Shown here piece after piece: positions 40,216 to 52,990 of a stretch of 64,000 nucleotides of DNA (the first letter of the stretch is position 1; each line of letters opens with the position of its first letter). A program made the translations under genes and the position numbers. This DNA comes from Phoronis australis (Eukaryota > Animalia > Phoronida), in contig NMRA01000470.1 in assembly GCA_002633005.1 (NCBI GenBank), positions 141,966 through 205,965 of the forward strand, in the 5' to 3' direction. The notes under the pieces are model-generated. The model worked only from the letters and a program-made list of their open reading frames with translations. It did no database searches and was not told the origin of the DNA.

Positions 40216-40548
40216 ATGCTACTTCAATAGTGGCTCTGACACGTTTCTTGAACTTGTGTTGTTGTACATTATGTGCTTCACAAAGAACCTGCTTCTTGTT
40301 TAAATGACGTGTGTATGTGAATGTAAAATTCTGCCTGAATGTTGATGCATTCGAAGCACTATGTTGACTAGAGCGATAAAGTTTGCCTTTTATTCCCCAA
40401 TCGGCCGTCCACGTCATTTTAACACTTGGCCAAACCAAATCTGTCTCGCAGTATAACTTGCACGTTTTGTTTTCAACACCATTCAGAATACCGTTGTTGA
40501 TCGATAGCTTTTTCCACTCTTCGCTAAGTGTCAGTTCATCTGGCCCGT
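40216..40548 (-). CDS. Ig exon 3 (333 nt): GPDELTLS..KLYCETDLVWPSVKMTW..VLCEAHN..TIEVA
   Basis: ttgtag|ACGGGCCA acceptor; GCA T|GTGAGT donor; open frame extends upstream of the listed ORF. Confidence 0.88.
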
Positions 40549-42018
40549 CTACAAATCACGAAAGTGAGACCTATTTGCCAAAATCGCTGAATTTTTAAGA
40601 TTTTGGAAGCTGGAATTTTTGACATTTTTCCTACACTTTTTGAATGATACAAATAAATACATCAAAAGCGATGGACGACTATCAAAAAACTGGGTTAAAC
40701 GTGCGATAAACCAGCGCCTACTGGTGAAAAAGTCGATTTACTTACCCTTAAAAAGTCAGCCTCACCTTGTTCCCTAACCTGATTGCGCGTACGAAGAGAT
40801 GACAGTTCAGTATTATTGTTCTTCAGATCAGTCTCCTTATCACGGCACATTGGTAGGCCATTGATCTTAAGCAATATTAAAACCACTTCGAAGTCACTAT
40901 TCGCACAGGCATCTTTAATCAGCCCCTTGACGATATACGACAATGAGGATAATGGTATTCAACTGCTTTACAATAGGGCCGCCCGTCAGACGCTTCAATC
41001 TCTATCTCTAGCTCTGTTGAAGCACTCCACATTCAAAGTCGAAGATTCTGAAGTGGCGCACAACACAAAGCATATCAAATCTGGGATTAATTGAAAACAC
41101 ATATTTTATCGGCAACTGCAACACATTTACTAGTTACATTTGCTGACATCGAAACCAATAAATATCATAAAAACTTCCAGACTTTCCTAAATTCAATCGG
41201 CAATGTTCACGGCAAAGCGCAGTTCCCGAGATGATTTATTGGTGTCAACTAATGCTCGCAAGGCCGCTCGCAATATCAGCAGAACGCTTACATCAACTAA
41301 AAACAGCGACAGCAGAAACAGCGTAAACGGGGAGGCGCTTGACGGATCATGCCGAGTTGACCAGAGTTCGGCCTCGTGTGATGAGGTCAAAAACCATGGT
41401 TGGCATTGCCTCTGTAATTCGACCATTTAGTTAACAAAATCATATACTTGTGTTTCTGTGTTTGTACCTAATTTAGGAGGAACGGGACGAATTTCGAAAG
41501 CCCTTAGAAATGTTGACTTATTTTTATTGTACCCAATCAGTGTGCTCCTGGAGAGGTATAAAGGATACTGTTACTGTTTTTAATTGGTTTGAGCGTTCTG
41601 AAGATGTTTTTAGCAGTCTTAGTTGACACCAGTGAATCGTCACGGACTCTAGGCTTTGCTGTAAATGTCGCCGATTGATATCGGAAAATCTGGCGGTATT
41701 GCATGTATGATTTTCATTGGTTTCGATGTCAACAAATGTAACCAGTGAACGTGTTGCAGTAGCAGATGTAATGTGTGACTTAAATTATTCCAAAATTTGA
41801 CATGCTTAGAGTTATTCCGGAAGTGTCTGACAGGCAGCCACATTGGAAAGCATACTTTTCTCTTTGTTATAGTATATCTTCGAGGGGCTGATTAAAGGTG
41901 TCTGTGCTATTCGTGACGAAACGTGATCACTTCCCAGTGAATAGTTTCTGAAGCACATATCTCTGTATTGGTTACTTGGCATAATAATTGACCTACTAAA
42001 ACGCATGCACAGTATACC

Positions 42019-44435
42019 ATTGTCATTGTCATTGTCTCAGGGACAGATATCACTGCACATTGGACAGGTCCACAAGTGCTAAGTCCTTCTCTGCAGTAGC
42101 CAAAAAAGAGTCACACTGCTGATGGTTCCCATGTTGAGCTGGTTAATCCGGTATCTACTTTATCCACGTAACGTGGTTCTGATGTCGCTTCCTCTGACAA
42201 AATGAAGCTCAGTTAGTCTGTCCAGTGTGGTGCTTTCTGAGAGAGCCTCCATCTCCTGGTCTTTCAGTGCCATCAAAACATCCTTTTCGCTCCAAGTGAC
42301 ATCTTCCAAAAGTTCTGCCTTTCCTGCCAGGTCATCTGCTCTTTCATTCCCCGTCACTCCAGCATGTCCAGGGGTAAACAACCACACCAGGTGTTTCAGC
42401 CTGCTTCCTTCTATTGCTTCCTTCCATTCTGGTTTAATGAAACCACTCTTGATTTTGTTAAGCATGCTCTGCGAGTCCGTAGCAATGACTGCCCCTGTGT
42501 AGCGGGTGGTACGGAGCCATCCTAGAGCTGCTGTGGCTGCCTGCTCGTCCATCCGTATGCTGGTGGTCATCAAGTATGCACCTCTTTGCTCTGCAACACA
42601 TCGAGCTCTCACGCGTGCTGTGAATCCCCAGCCAGATTTGACACCCCTGACGCCTGACCCATCTGTGAAGATAATGGCATCCGATAGTTTGCTGTTCTCT
42701 TCAATAAGTACACAGACCTCAGTGTTCACAACTACTCCACTGCGTTCTCGGCATTCCCGTCGCAGTGTGATGAAAACCTTTGTGCAATTAGCCAATGTGT
42801 CCCTAATAGGTTTCCACTCTTTGTCTCTCCTTATGCTCCCAGTCTTGCACACCGAAGCAACCGTATCCTCCGCTTGAGCCGTCCAAGATCGTCCGCGTTT
42901 GATTCGGCTACCCTTATCTATTCCTATTTCTTTGTACAGAAGGTGGTCTTTGTCAGATGCCACTCAGAAGAGTGCCTTGACTTGAGCATGCTTGTGTCGG
43001 TGTGTGATGCTTGGTAATCCAAGAACATGGCGCATTGCATCAGTTGATGTGTTTCTAGTGCAGACCGAGACTACCCTCATGCCTTCATTCTGAATTTTTT
43101 TAATTTTGGATAGCTGGGTCTGTGACATAGTTGTTATCCCAAAGCCATAGTCTATGGCAGCCAACACAAGAGCCTTAAATAACAGCAACAGTAATCGTTT
43201 TTCCATTTTAGCTTTTGCCATCGTCTTCAGAGCCGAGAGTCCTTTTGCACACCTTTTGACAAAGCTATCTGCATGCTCCTTGAAGCTCAAAGTGCGATCC
43301 AAGGCTATGCCCAGGTATTTGAGCGTGTGAGTTCTTTTAATAGTGGAGCCTTCTATTTCGACGGCTGGCATTACTTTGCTAATCACTTGTTGAGAGAGCA
43401 CCACATCGCAGCTGCTTTGGCATTAATCACTGATCCAGTGTCTTCACACCATGTTGACACATCTTTGAGGTGTGTGCTGATGCCTTCGGCCATTCTGATG
43501 TGGTCTGTCCCATGTGCATATACAGGCGCGTCATCTGGAAATGTGAGAATCCTCCCGTGTTCAATATTGATTGTATAGTACCGGGGACAAAGATGATCCT
43601 TGTGGAAGTCGAGGATTCAGTCTCATAGGGTCAGAGAGCCACGACCCCAACCTCAGTGCCGCTGTACGTTCCATCAATGCAGCGGCTATCCAGTTGATGA
43701 TGTAATGGTTGACCTAACAATCTAAATGCAGATTCACCAACTTCTCGTAAGATACACGATTATATGCGTCCTCGAGGTCAATCGCCACAGCCGGAGTATC
43801 TTCCTTCCTTTGGAATGCTTCATATACATCATACGAAAAAATGGCCACATTGGCCCATGTGACTTTCCCGGTCCTGTAGCTTCCAAGAGTTTGTGGAAGT
43901 AGCTTCCTATTCTTCAGGTCCCATGCGAGTTCTCGGGCCACAATGCGCTCCATAAGTTTGCCAATTGTATTTTGCATTATTATTCTATAGCCATTCAGCA
44001 GGCTTAGGAAGCACAGCCAAGAAGCTGTGTAGCCAATCCTCGGGAATTATACCTTTCTCCAAGCTTTCTTGGTACAAAGCGGCCAGCTCTTCAAGTTCTG
44101 CATCATCAAGTTCTCGGATCGCGTCATAGTCCACTCTATCTGGTTCTGGGGATGTGTTTTTCATTGTCTTCAGGGTGCTGCGAAGATATTCTACCGTAAT
44201 AGTGAACGGCACCTCGTCAGTCGAAGCAAGCTCAGTGAGTACCGCTTTTGTGCTCTTGCGCTGCTCCAAATTTCTCTGATCTGTTTGATCAATGTACCTT
44301 TCCAAAAAGTCATTCATTTGCTTTCATCAGTCACTAGAACTGTTCCATTCTCAGCTTCCACGTTTCCGAAGTTTGTGGAATCACTCTGCCTGTTCATGCT
44401 CTTATGTAACTTCCAGAATTTGATCAGTGCCCTCA
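42019..44435 (-). mobile_element. 5'-truncated LINE with RT and RNase H (I group, Ingi/Nimb-like), frameshifted
   Basis: QNTIGKLMERIV, AIDLEDAYNRV, LPQGSSLSP, LKYLGIALDRTLSFKEH; RNase H IFTDGS..TDSQS..PGHAGVTGNERADDLA; (GACAAT)n 3' tail. Confidence 0.92.
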
Positions 44436-44667
44436 GTGTGTTAAATAGGCAGACCACTAATATAAAGCAATGTAAAATTTAAGGAAAATGAAGGTTTGTC
44501 TAGTATTAGTGAGTGCGTGGTAGAATGATTCGTCGTTGGACGTTTAACGCAAATTATAGTGATCACAAGAGAATAAATCAACAAACCCAAGACCTTGGAG
44601 TGTATAGGGTCAATTATTTATTTTTCTTCATGTCAATTGGGTGTCATGGGTCACGGAAACAAGTTAA

Positions 44668-46277
44668 AGGAGAATGCCACCCGATTTACTTAGTCTTTTT
44701 TACCGTCTTAATCGGTCTATATCCACATCGCCTCTTATAAGGTCGATCTCACCTTGCCGAGAGGTGTCGCGTTAACCTGTGAGGAAGGTGAGAAGCGACG
44801 CAGCGACGTCAGTGGTTCGTCTGCAGAGTGAATGCCGGTTCCCGCTTGTCCGAGCTATGAAGCTGCGAAGAAAGCGGATACATTGTTTTTTCAACTTCCT
44901 CGAGAGCCCGAAATGCTTAGGAAGTGGCTCGCGGTAATGAAGAATGAAAGGTACGCTGTTAATAGCAAGTATGAGGCCGTGAAACATCTCCGTGTCTGTG
45001 GCTGGCATTTCGTAGAGAGTGATTTCTCTGACGAATTCCGGCTTTCCAAAGAACTATCCATACGTTCCGTTGCCTATGCATGTTCACGGCGCCTCTCTAG
45101 TATTTCTTGATTAGTGTACACCGGTTCGAACTGATAGCGAGTGAAACCTAACGATCCAACCCGTGAAGTCTTCGTCGGATGAGCTCTTGACTAAGTCGGG
45201 ATTGGCGCCGGGCGAGTTGCCATGTAGACGTTTATTATTCTGTGTTCTGTTTCAAAATGAATTTTTGTCATCCTAAAGTGATCCTAACCAATGCTTATAT
45301 GAAACTAAAACAAAGTCTGTCTCATTAGATAAAATTTGTAATGCCTTGGAGTGCTCGTGAGTGCAAATGTTTTGAGAATGCAGCAATGAATAAACCACTG
45401 CGAAGCCGTGTGAGCGCATGCTAATTCAGTGTTTGCTGACAGATAGCTGTTATGAAACAATTACTCGATTTTATATGCTACTGTCACATGTTAGGGGAAT
45501 CTTTATTTAGAAATACAACTACATTATTCAAATCCTTGATACTGTACAACCTTTGCCCTGACGGTCTGTGGAAGGGGAACCCGACTTCGCGGCCCCCGAC
45601 AAGTACAGATTTTCAATTTCGTGGCTAATTCACATAAATAATTACGTGCACATTATTTTTTTGGCTCCCTATTATAGTCTTTTCGTGACTGGAGGTTTAG
45701 TTTCCAACTCAAGCTGGTTTATGTTCGTGCCAGTCCCGGCGGCCGCGATGGGCCTGATCGGGTTCCGAGCCACTGGCCGGGATAACAAGCGTTTTATGTG
45801 TTTAGAACTCAAAAAATCACAAGTATAAACAACACAGATCTAGGTTCTCTTGTCTGCATTTCATTGAAGAATACTTTGAATTTATCTCCGAACAGACCCC
45901 AAACTCCTGCTACGGACCTTGGTAAATTGGCCTGCCGAACTTTGCCAGGCTACGGTGTGTCCAAATACCAGTAAATCCGTAACAGCGAAATAAAACAACG
46001 CGTTTTTATAAGAACTCGGTGTATTTTTAAGGGTTTTACATCGAAGTTTGGTGATTTATTGATGTTAAACGATGAATTCAAGCGATACGCTGACACCACT
46101 AACCCGTGTTGTGTACTGCTGAACAGACTGCGTGTGAAACCAATGACGTCATTGGATAATTTCAACACCTCCGTCTGCCGTCAGGTGTCAGGTAACGCAA
46201 CCGAACCTACCGTTATCGAGTAGAACTACTCGATCTACATTGATACAAAATAGGTTGTTTTTGGGTGGCATTCTCCT
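44668..46277 (+). mobile_element. Kolobok DNA transposon, internally deleted, with THAP domain
   Basis: TTAA|AGGAGAATGCCACCC ... GGGTGGCATTCTCCT|TTAA; THAP FFQLPREPEMLRKWL..LRVCGWHFVESDF at 44832-45060. Confidence 0.85.
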
Positions 46278-46534
46278 TTAATTACGGCATATCAGTCTAA
46301 AGTTACACTGCACATCCGAAAAAACACATTCGATTACTAAAATGTATGTTAAGCCAAAGCCATCCATGTGTGGATATTCATCCAAAGCCAGATATATATC
46401 TGGAATTATTTGTGACTCTCAAGACGAGAAACGCTCCACAAGGACACCGTGTTTTTTGAAATTTGCATAGCGTTTTCACTAATCTGTTAAATAAGTTACA
46501 AACTGTTTGGCCCAGTGGTTTCCTTTGCACTTAC

Positions 46535-46831
46535 AAACTACATTCAAGGTCTGAATTGCGTGCACCCCTTTGGAAGAACCGGCGGGATTTCTTCTGGCGG
46601 AACAGTTCACGAAACGTAATGTCCTGTTAACCTGGATTGTGGTGTTTTTCTCAAACGTTCCATTGTACTGTGCTGCGCTACCAGCCGTGCCATGAGACCA
46701 GTTTATGCTCACATTTGGATACGCCTTGTCGGTAGTGCATGTCAGTGTCAAGTTGTCGCCGTCATCCACTTTTAGTTGAGAACGCCAACTCCCAAGAGAA
46801 GGCCTCGTTATCGTCACCTTCGATGGGCCGT
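46535..46831 (-). CDS. Ig exon 2 (297 nt): GPSKVTIT..LTCTTDKAYPNVSINW..VNCSAR..TLNVV
   Basis: tcaag|ACGGCCCA acceptor; GTT T|GTAAGT donor. Confidence 0.88.
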
Positions 46832-47363
46832 CTTGACATCGAAACGAAAATTAAAATTGAGAAAAACTTTGGCTAACTTAAGAATGCCATATCTCAAAGA
46901 ATTGATCAGATTCAAATGAAACTTTCAGGTACTATTACTATAACTTCTTCAAAACGTTTCATTTTGCATAAGGTGCTACGCGAAAATTGATACGATTTTA
47001 ATTTTAAGAAAAATCAAATGTTACATGAAACAAAACGGAGGTAAAATTCAATCTAATTCTATAATGGATTCGATAAATTTCCTGGCAAATTTTTCTTTAC
47101 AATCCTTTCCTATAATTTGTAATTCTCTAACTGACTTCACAAAACGAGTACATACTGTAACGAGTTTGAAAAAGCGACGAGTATTCCGTCTGTAAGCACG
47201 TGATCAGCGATAAGCAGAGCTGCCCTGAGTTAAGAAACGTTAGGACGTCGCTAAAAGCCAAGACTTCGCAAAGACACGTGAGATATTGCGTGGGTTTTAA
47301 ATGAGAACATGTGGCTTTGGCTAGATTTAAGCGACGTCCCAGCATAGGTCCCAGTTAACTTAC

Positions 47364-47678
47364 AATGAACAGAAAGCGTGAGGTTCTTTGTTATGCTGAA
47401 GCCAGGATATACAATGTTCGTCGCGTTGCATGAAAGCGTGACACCGTGAAATTGTCGCTCTGCTATGAAGTGCAGACTTTTAAAATACGAATTATTGCTT
47501 TGTCTCTTGGTGCTGACACTGATTCCTGGCAACCTGCCGTACTGCCAATCCACAAGCGCACCTGGGTTAGTGGCACTTGTTCTGCATGTTAGAGTGTAAT
47601 TTGCATTTTCTTCTACAGTGAACGTGTCGCCGCTGACATTGTGTTGTTTGTACTGGAAGAATATCGACTGAGGTCCAT
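47364..47678 (-). CDS. Ig exon 1 (315 nt): GPQSIFFQ..LTCRTSATNPGALVDW..LSCNATN..LTLSVH
   Basis: tttcag|ATGGACCT acceptor; CAT T|GTAAGT donor; two Cys plus Trp. Confidence 0.9.
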
Positions 47679-47854
47679 CTGAAATCAACGATGTTTTACA
47701 TCATCCAGATAAAGGGATAATTCACCGGCATTAGGAAATTTTGGCCATTGCAAATAAGCAAATCTACAATTTTGAAAACAGGGCGACAGGAGATGAAAGC
47801 TTCCCCCGAAATGCTGCAAAGCAATACCGATTTCACGAATTGTGGTTTTCGGTA

Positions 47855-48150
47855 TTAATTCTTAATGACAGTACTCTTAAGACGCTTTACCATTCAATTA
47901 TTCAACCTCGTATTGATTATTGTTTACCGGTTTGGGGACATACCAGCGACATTTTTAACAAAATTGAAGTAATCCAAAATAAAGCTCCCTGGGCTATCCT
48001 GGGTACTAGAACTAGGGACACCCCGGTCGAAGACTTGTACTCCAAGCTTGAATCTATGCCTGTTGCATGTACAGATGTGTCAATGGCTTGGCTCCAGCAT
48101 ATGTCAGCCGTAAATTCGGTAGCAGTCAAGCTCTTTCTCGACACGTTCTT
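47855..48150 (+). mobile_element. CR1/L2-type LINE ORF2 C-terminal fragment; a similar 3' end at about 50265-50635
   Basis: TLKTLYHSIIQPRIDYCLPVWG..IEVIQNKA; RPEIKRSDSINTFKLNIKK followed by an A-rich tail. Confidence 0.7.
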
Positions 48151-48994
48151 CCGTTGTTGGTAACGTTTATTTTAAAAAAATGAAACTTAGACCAGTAAGA
48201 GATCTTTTATTCATGTAGCCAGCCAGCCAACTGCATGAAGACTATCGTCAAAATACACCTAGGGACCACGGTGTGATCAGCGCCGACAAACCTCAAAATT
48301 GCACACAGCCAGGGTAGTTCTGCTCGTCACCTCGCCTTGAAACTTGTATCAACATGTAGAGCTAAAGACCGAATGGGGTGTATGCAAAATCTGGGAGTTA
48401 ACCGACACTCGCCTTGCCCGTTACAACCGTTTAAGTGGAAAACAATGCAACAAACGTCATTTTCTTGAGTAATTCCCATTGGCGGATCTAGAAGGGGGCC
48501 ATGCCCCCCCCCTTAAAATTCTCCCAGATTCCATTTGGCAGTTCGGGTGTGCAAATGTGTGACGGGCAAAACCCTTGCTAATACTCTGCCTGGCCCCTTC
48601 TAACTCAAAATCCTGGACCCGACCCTGATTCTCCACCTTTTGTAACAATGAAAGGTATGTCGTCGTTTTGAAAACAGTACGCTCGTGTCACACGCACGCG
48701 CCATTTCCTAAATTTATGCGACAGCGTCGCAACAGCAAAATTTGTTCTCAAATTCGGTTTGCTGTATCAAAATTCTCTAAACCTATAATGAAGTGACAAC
48801 AGTTTCGATAATTTGTTGTTACGTGTTCGCAACCTCGTGAAAGAGCGAGTGTTGATTGAAGAACCGGCGAAAAACGAAACTGAACAATAGGTGACGCAAT
48901 ATTTCATGGCGCCAAAACCTGACGCAGAAGATGGATCCACAAATTTAGCAACAGAATAAGGGTAGAACGCCACGTTTTGCAACACCGCTACATA

Positions 48995-50121
48995 AATATA
49001 GATTATTGCATGGCGAAGTCGTTATCCCCCGTTATCTAGAGCCCGAGTGGATTTTGTAGAATTATCGCCCGAGGGGCGTTAGCTCCGAGGGTGATAATTC
49101 TACAAAATCCACGAGGGCTCTAGATAAGGGAGATAACGACTGAGAACATGTAATAATCTATTTATAGCACATACTGAACGAGGAACATTGCAATGAATCG
49201 ATCTACCTTTCTCGACTCGCCTCGGCTTTGTAACTACTTTCTATGTCAGAGGCCCGGGGTCGAAGGTCGTGACCTTTTAAGAAAAGCCGAGATATTTTTG
49301 TAAAATAATGCTTTTACTCAAAACCAATTTAAAAATAAAACAAAATAATAAATAAATAAATAAAGTGAATTTATAAATTAAGGTTTATCAACTATTATAG
49401 CTTACTACACATTTTATCACGCTATAGAATACTTAAATGAGCACGCGCAACAATCGCATGTTCAGCAAAGGGCATTGCACCGACATTTATACGCTATGAA
49501 AAATAAGACGCATAATTTCCATAAAAACGATATCTTAATTCAGTGAAATTTTTCTCTCGTGTTCTCTTACTTGTAAATCACGGATCTCCAATTTGAATGC
49601 TGGTATCGTGTCGTCGGGGTCCTTTGACATGAGCATTATAGTCAGTTACTAGTGGTAACCTACTTTAGCAGACGATACATTTACTACGATATTTTCCCGG
49701 TCGAAGCTTAGCGTGATAACATGTGTAGTAAGCTATAATAGTTGCTAAACCTTAATTCATAGAATCATTTTATTTCTATTTTGTTTTATTTTTCAATTAG
49801 TTTTGAGTAAAAGCATTATTTGACAAAAATAGCTCGGCTTTTCTTAAAAGGTCACGACCTCCGACCCCCGGGCCTCTGACATAGAAAGTAGTTACAAAGC
49901 CGACGCGAGTCGAGAAAAGTAGATCAATTCATTGCAATGTTTCTCGTTCAGTATGTGGTATAAATAGATTATTATATGCTCTCAGTCGTTATCCCCCTTA
50001 TCTAAAGACCTCGTGGATTTTGGAGAATTACTACCCTCGAGGCTAACGCCCCTCGGGTGATAATTCTCCACTCGGGCTCTAGATAACGGGGGATAACGAC
50101 TAAGAACGTTTAATAATCTAC
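48995..50121. mobile_element. Non-autonomous element with ~425-bp TIRs, each starting with a ~170-nt hairpin (possibly Crypton-derived)
   Basis: 48995-49423 is the inverted repeat of about 49710-50121; internal palindrome at 48995-49166. Confidence 0.85.
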
Positions 50122-51017
50122 ATTTACTCAAGGAAGAGTGTAGTTTTTAATGACATTTTATGTCAGATTTTATCTGGTCAGTTTTTTACCCACATCGGCG
50201 CAACGCCGTATATTTAGTATGCAGCTTTGTACCAAGGCTATTATTTATACTGCTGCTGCAATATGAAACTCTTCGTCCAGAAATTAAACGGTCCGATTCA
50301 ATTAATACTTTCAAACTTAATATTAAGAAGTTACACCTTACCGTTCCTAATTATGTCATTTTATTATTGTAAATACACTCGCCATTTAGTATAATCTACT
50401 TATTTATTTGATCTCTGTTAATAAAATTTTCATCATCCCTCGTCATTTATATATTATCTGAATTCTCAACCTGTTTTAATTGGATCTTTGTTACATGTAC
50501 TTAAATATTGTTTTAAAACTTTATTATATTATTTTACTGTTTTATATTTTGCTGTTGAAGGCCTTCCTGGAAAGCAGTGCTTTCCCTGAAGAGGTCCCCC
50601 TTATTTTAAATATTACAAATAAAAAAATAAATATTAGGATGGGGAAAGGCCTCAATTCCTTCAACTCTAATCGAGCTGTATGGGTTAATGTTCACAGTTA
50701 CGACGAGATTCGCGGGTTATCCATGAAGAAAAAAATCCTAGAACGTAGAAGTAAGTTTTCTGAAACCGTCAATGTATTGCTATTATAATAAATATCACTA
50801 GTTTGTCTTGAGCATCACATATAACAAGCTTCACAGTTGACAGAGTTGACGGTGTCGTGGTCACAGCGACGACAATGGCATCGCAGTTTTCTTCTGATGT
50901 TTACGACCCATTCAATTACAACGTCTAATGTCGGGCACCTAGTTGCGCACTGCAAAGAGAATCCAGATGTCTATATAGGGCGCACCCTTTCAATAGGATT
51001 TTATTGGAGTCATTGTG

Positions 51018-51832
51018 TTTTTTTGAATGCTCAGCTTACAATAAGCATGATACTTTGTAATTTCTTGATTTTGCACTCAAATCTGCTTAAAGGTTCAAAC
51101 TGAGGCCCAGGAACTGTATGTGCTTTGGTGTGAGTGTCCCATCGACAGGGGCAGGTATCACCATATGACTGCCCTGCTCATTTAGGAACAACCATTTGAT
51201 GCCAGACACTCGTTTCCTTAATGTGTTTCAATTTCAAATAAATAAATGTGTAATAATGCAAAGATCTGAGCCTGTTCCTGCATGTGAAAACCTTTGTGCT
51301 TCATGCAGTAATCACAGGGACGTGTCGGCACAAAATCTGATTGTTCGTGCTGGTGCATTGGCAGGACCAGCTCGGGGCTAATACAACCTATTCTTTGGGC
51401 CCCAACAATTTTCAAAAGACAGNTTTTTTTTTTGAATGCTCAGCTTACAATAAGCATGATACTTTGTAATTTCTTGATTTTGCACTCAAATCTGCTTAAA
51501 GGTTCAAATTGAGGCCCAGGAACTGTATGTGCTTTGGTGTGAGTGTCCCATCGACAGGAGCAGGTATCACCATATGACTGCCCTGCTCATTTAGGAACAA
51601 CCATTTGATGCCAGACACTCGTTTCCTTAATGTGTTTCAATTTCAAATAAATAAATGTGTAATAATGCAAAGATCTGAGCCTGTTCCTGCATGTGAAAAC
51701 CTTTGTGCTTCATGCAGTAATCACAGGGACGTGTCGGCACAAAATCTGATTGTTCGTGCTGGTGCATTGGCAGGACCAGCTCGGGGCTAATACAACCTAT
51801 TCTTTGGGCCCCAACAATTTTCAAAAGACAGT
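51018..51832. repeat. ~405-bp direct duplication split by a single N (51423); probable assembly artefact
   Basis: Near-identical copies; identical ORFs 51196..51381 and 51605..51790. Confidence 0.85.
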
Positions 51833-52990
51833 GCAGACATAAATTAGTTTTCGTTTTTTATGGCAACACTTTGCTATGAATCGTTTGACAGGTCGTTCAA
51901 AGGTGTAGGGTCCCACGATAAATTCCCCAATGGAGGCCCGCAACCATCGCTGGATCTACTACTTTATTTTAACTACATAGGTTATTGTGCTTAAGACTGT
52001 TCTTCACTTCCTTTTTATTAGACAGCAAATCTCTCAACAAATTTACATATTGTAGTGATGGTATGCAGTCTAAAACATTAAATACAGTACTGTATTTTTA
52101 AATTACAATCCATTGATTGGGGTCTGACCCATGAAAAAACAGTTAACCGACAATATGCTGTAGCAAATTTACAGGGACAGCAAGTGCAAGAACAAGGCAC
52201 CAACTACAGTTTAAAAATGTCTGTTACACAGGATGGACTACAATTAAATCTTATAGCTCAATTTGAATGAGTGTCATTAGTAACTGATGAACCAATGGGA
52301 TTTCCTGAACAGTGCACTCCAGATTGTACCTCAGTAACGCCCTACTCAGCAAACCTTCAAGCAATCTAACTGTTGTGGTATAAGGTAACCCGGTCTAGTA
52401 CATGACCTACCAGTTATCTAATTGAATTTCATGGAAAGAAATTATTCGTTTCGCCTTTTTAGTTTCTTCAATTAAATTAATCAATTTCAACCTTAAATAT
52501 GAGTACTGTCCCAGAAATCGCTTTCGCATCATATCCAGGTTCTCATTCACTTCCTCGCACACGTTCACTAGTAAAACCAAGATCAGATGAGTAGGAGACA
52601 CTTTTGTGCAATGCTAGACTGTCTGTCAGCAAAGCCAGGATTCGAACTTGAGTCTCCTTAACCTTCAATGAGCGTATCTCAATTTTTAGCACAGTCTTGG
52701 GAGTCGCAATCGCAGAAAAGACTGGGATTAGTTCAAACATAGGGTAATAGATGGACAGGGTGGTGACTGCATAAATCAGTGGTCACACAATGAAAGCTTC
52801 TGAATGCTGCTTGGTTTCTTCTTTTTCGGTGGGCTTGGATCAACAAACTTTGTTGACGTTGTGTTGAATTCTTGATAGCACATCCTTCTTACCGGTGGGA
52901 AAATGTCCTTGGCCTAACCTGGTGTTGGCAGTGGGTGTAAAGTCTTGGCGTTTCGGGAAATAAAGCATACAGTTTGAGCGTATTGTAAAT
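51100..52990 (-). mobile_element. Decayed THAP + DDE transposon (ISL2EU/Harbinger-like)
   Basis: KRQDFTPTANTRLGQGHF (THAP-like, about 52890-52955); CDYCMKHKGFHMQE and RAV..LPLSM resemble DDE_Tnp_4 motifs GDxxMADKGF and ERAI..LP. Confidence 0.5.

Larger units (their letters stand above)
8656..47678 (-). other. Multi-exon gene, partial: tandem Ig-superfamily extracellular protein with at least 16 CD80-like C2-set domains (nephrin/sidestep/hemicentin-like); both ends not identified
   Basis: 16 stop-free exons, all multiples of 3 nt, all phase 1-1 with AG/GT. Most begin x-G-P and contain C-x-(T/S)-D-x(3)-P...(W)...C-x-A-x-N. Splicing in genomic order restores Y/F-G-P linkers at 9 of 15 junctions. 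Confidence 0.88.

Noticed and set aside
8656-47678. V(D)J-like rearranging locus, given the Ig segments plus a CAC-ended transposon
   Set aside because: Segments are flanked by ordinary splice sites, I saw no heptamer-spacer-nonamer signals or J-like segments, and the domains are C2-type rather than V-type
8656-47678. Naming the gene Dscam, nephrin or hemicentin
   Set aside because: No FnIII, EGF or TSP1 domains or diagnostic sequence are visible, and the exons are too divergent to be a Dscam-style cluster of near-identical alternatives
51018-51832. Duplicated small genes (identical 61-aa and 65-aa ORFs)
   Set aside because: Same single-N overlap artefact, lying within a transposon remnant
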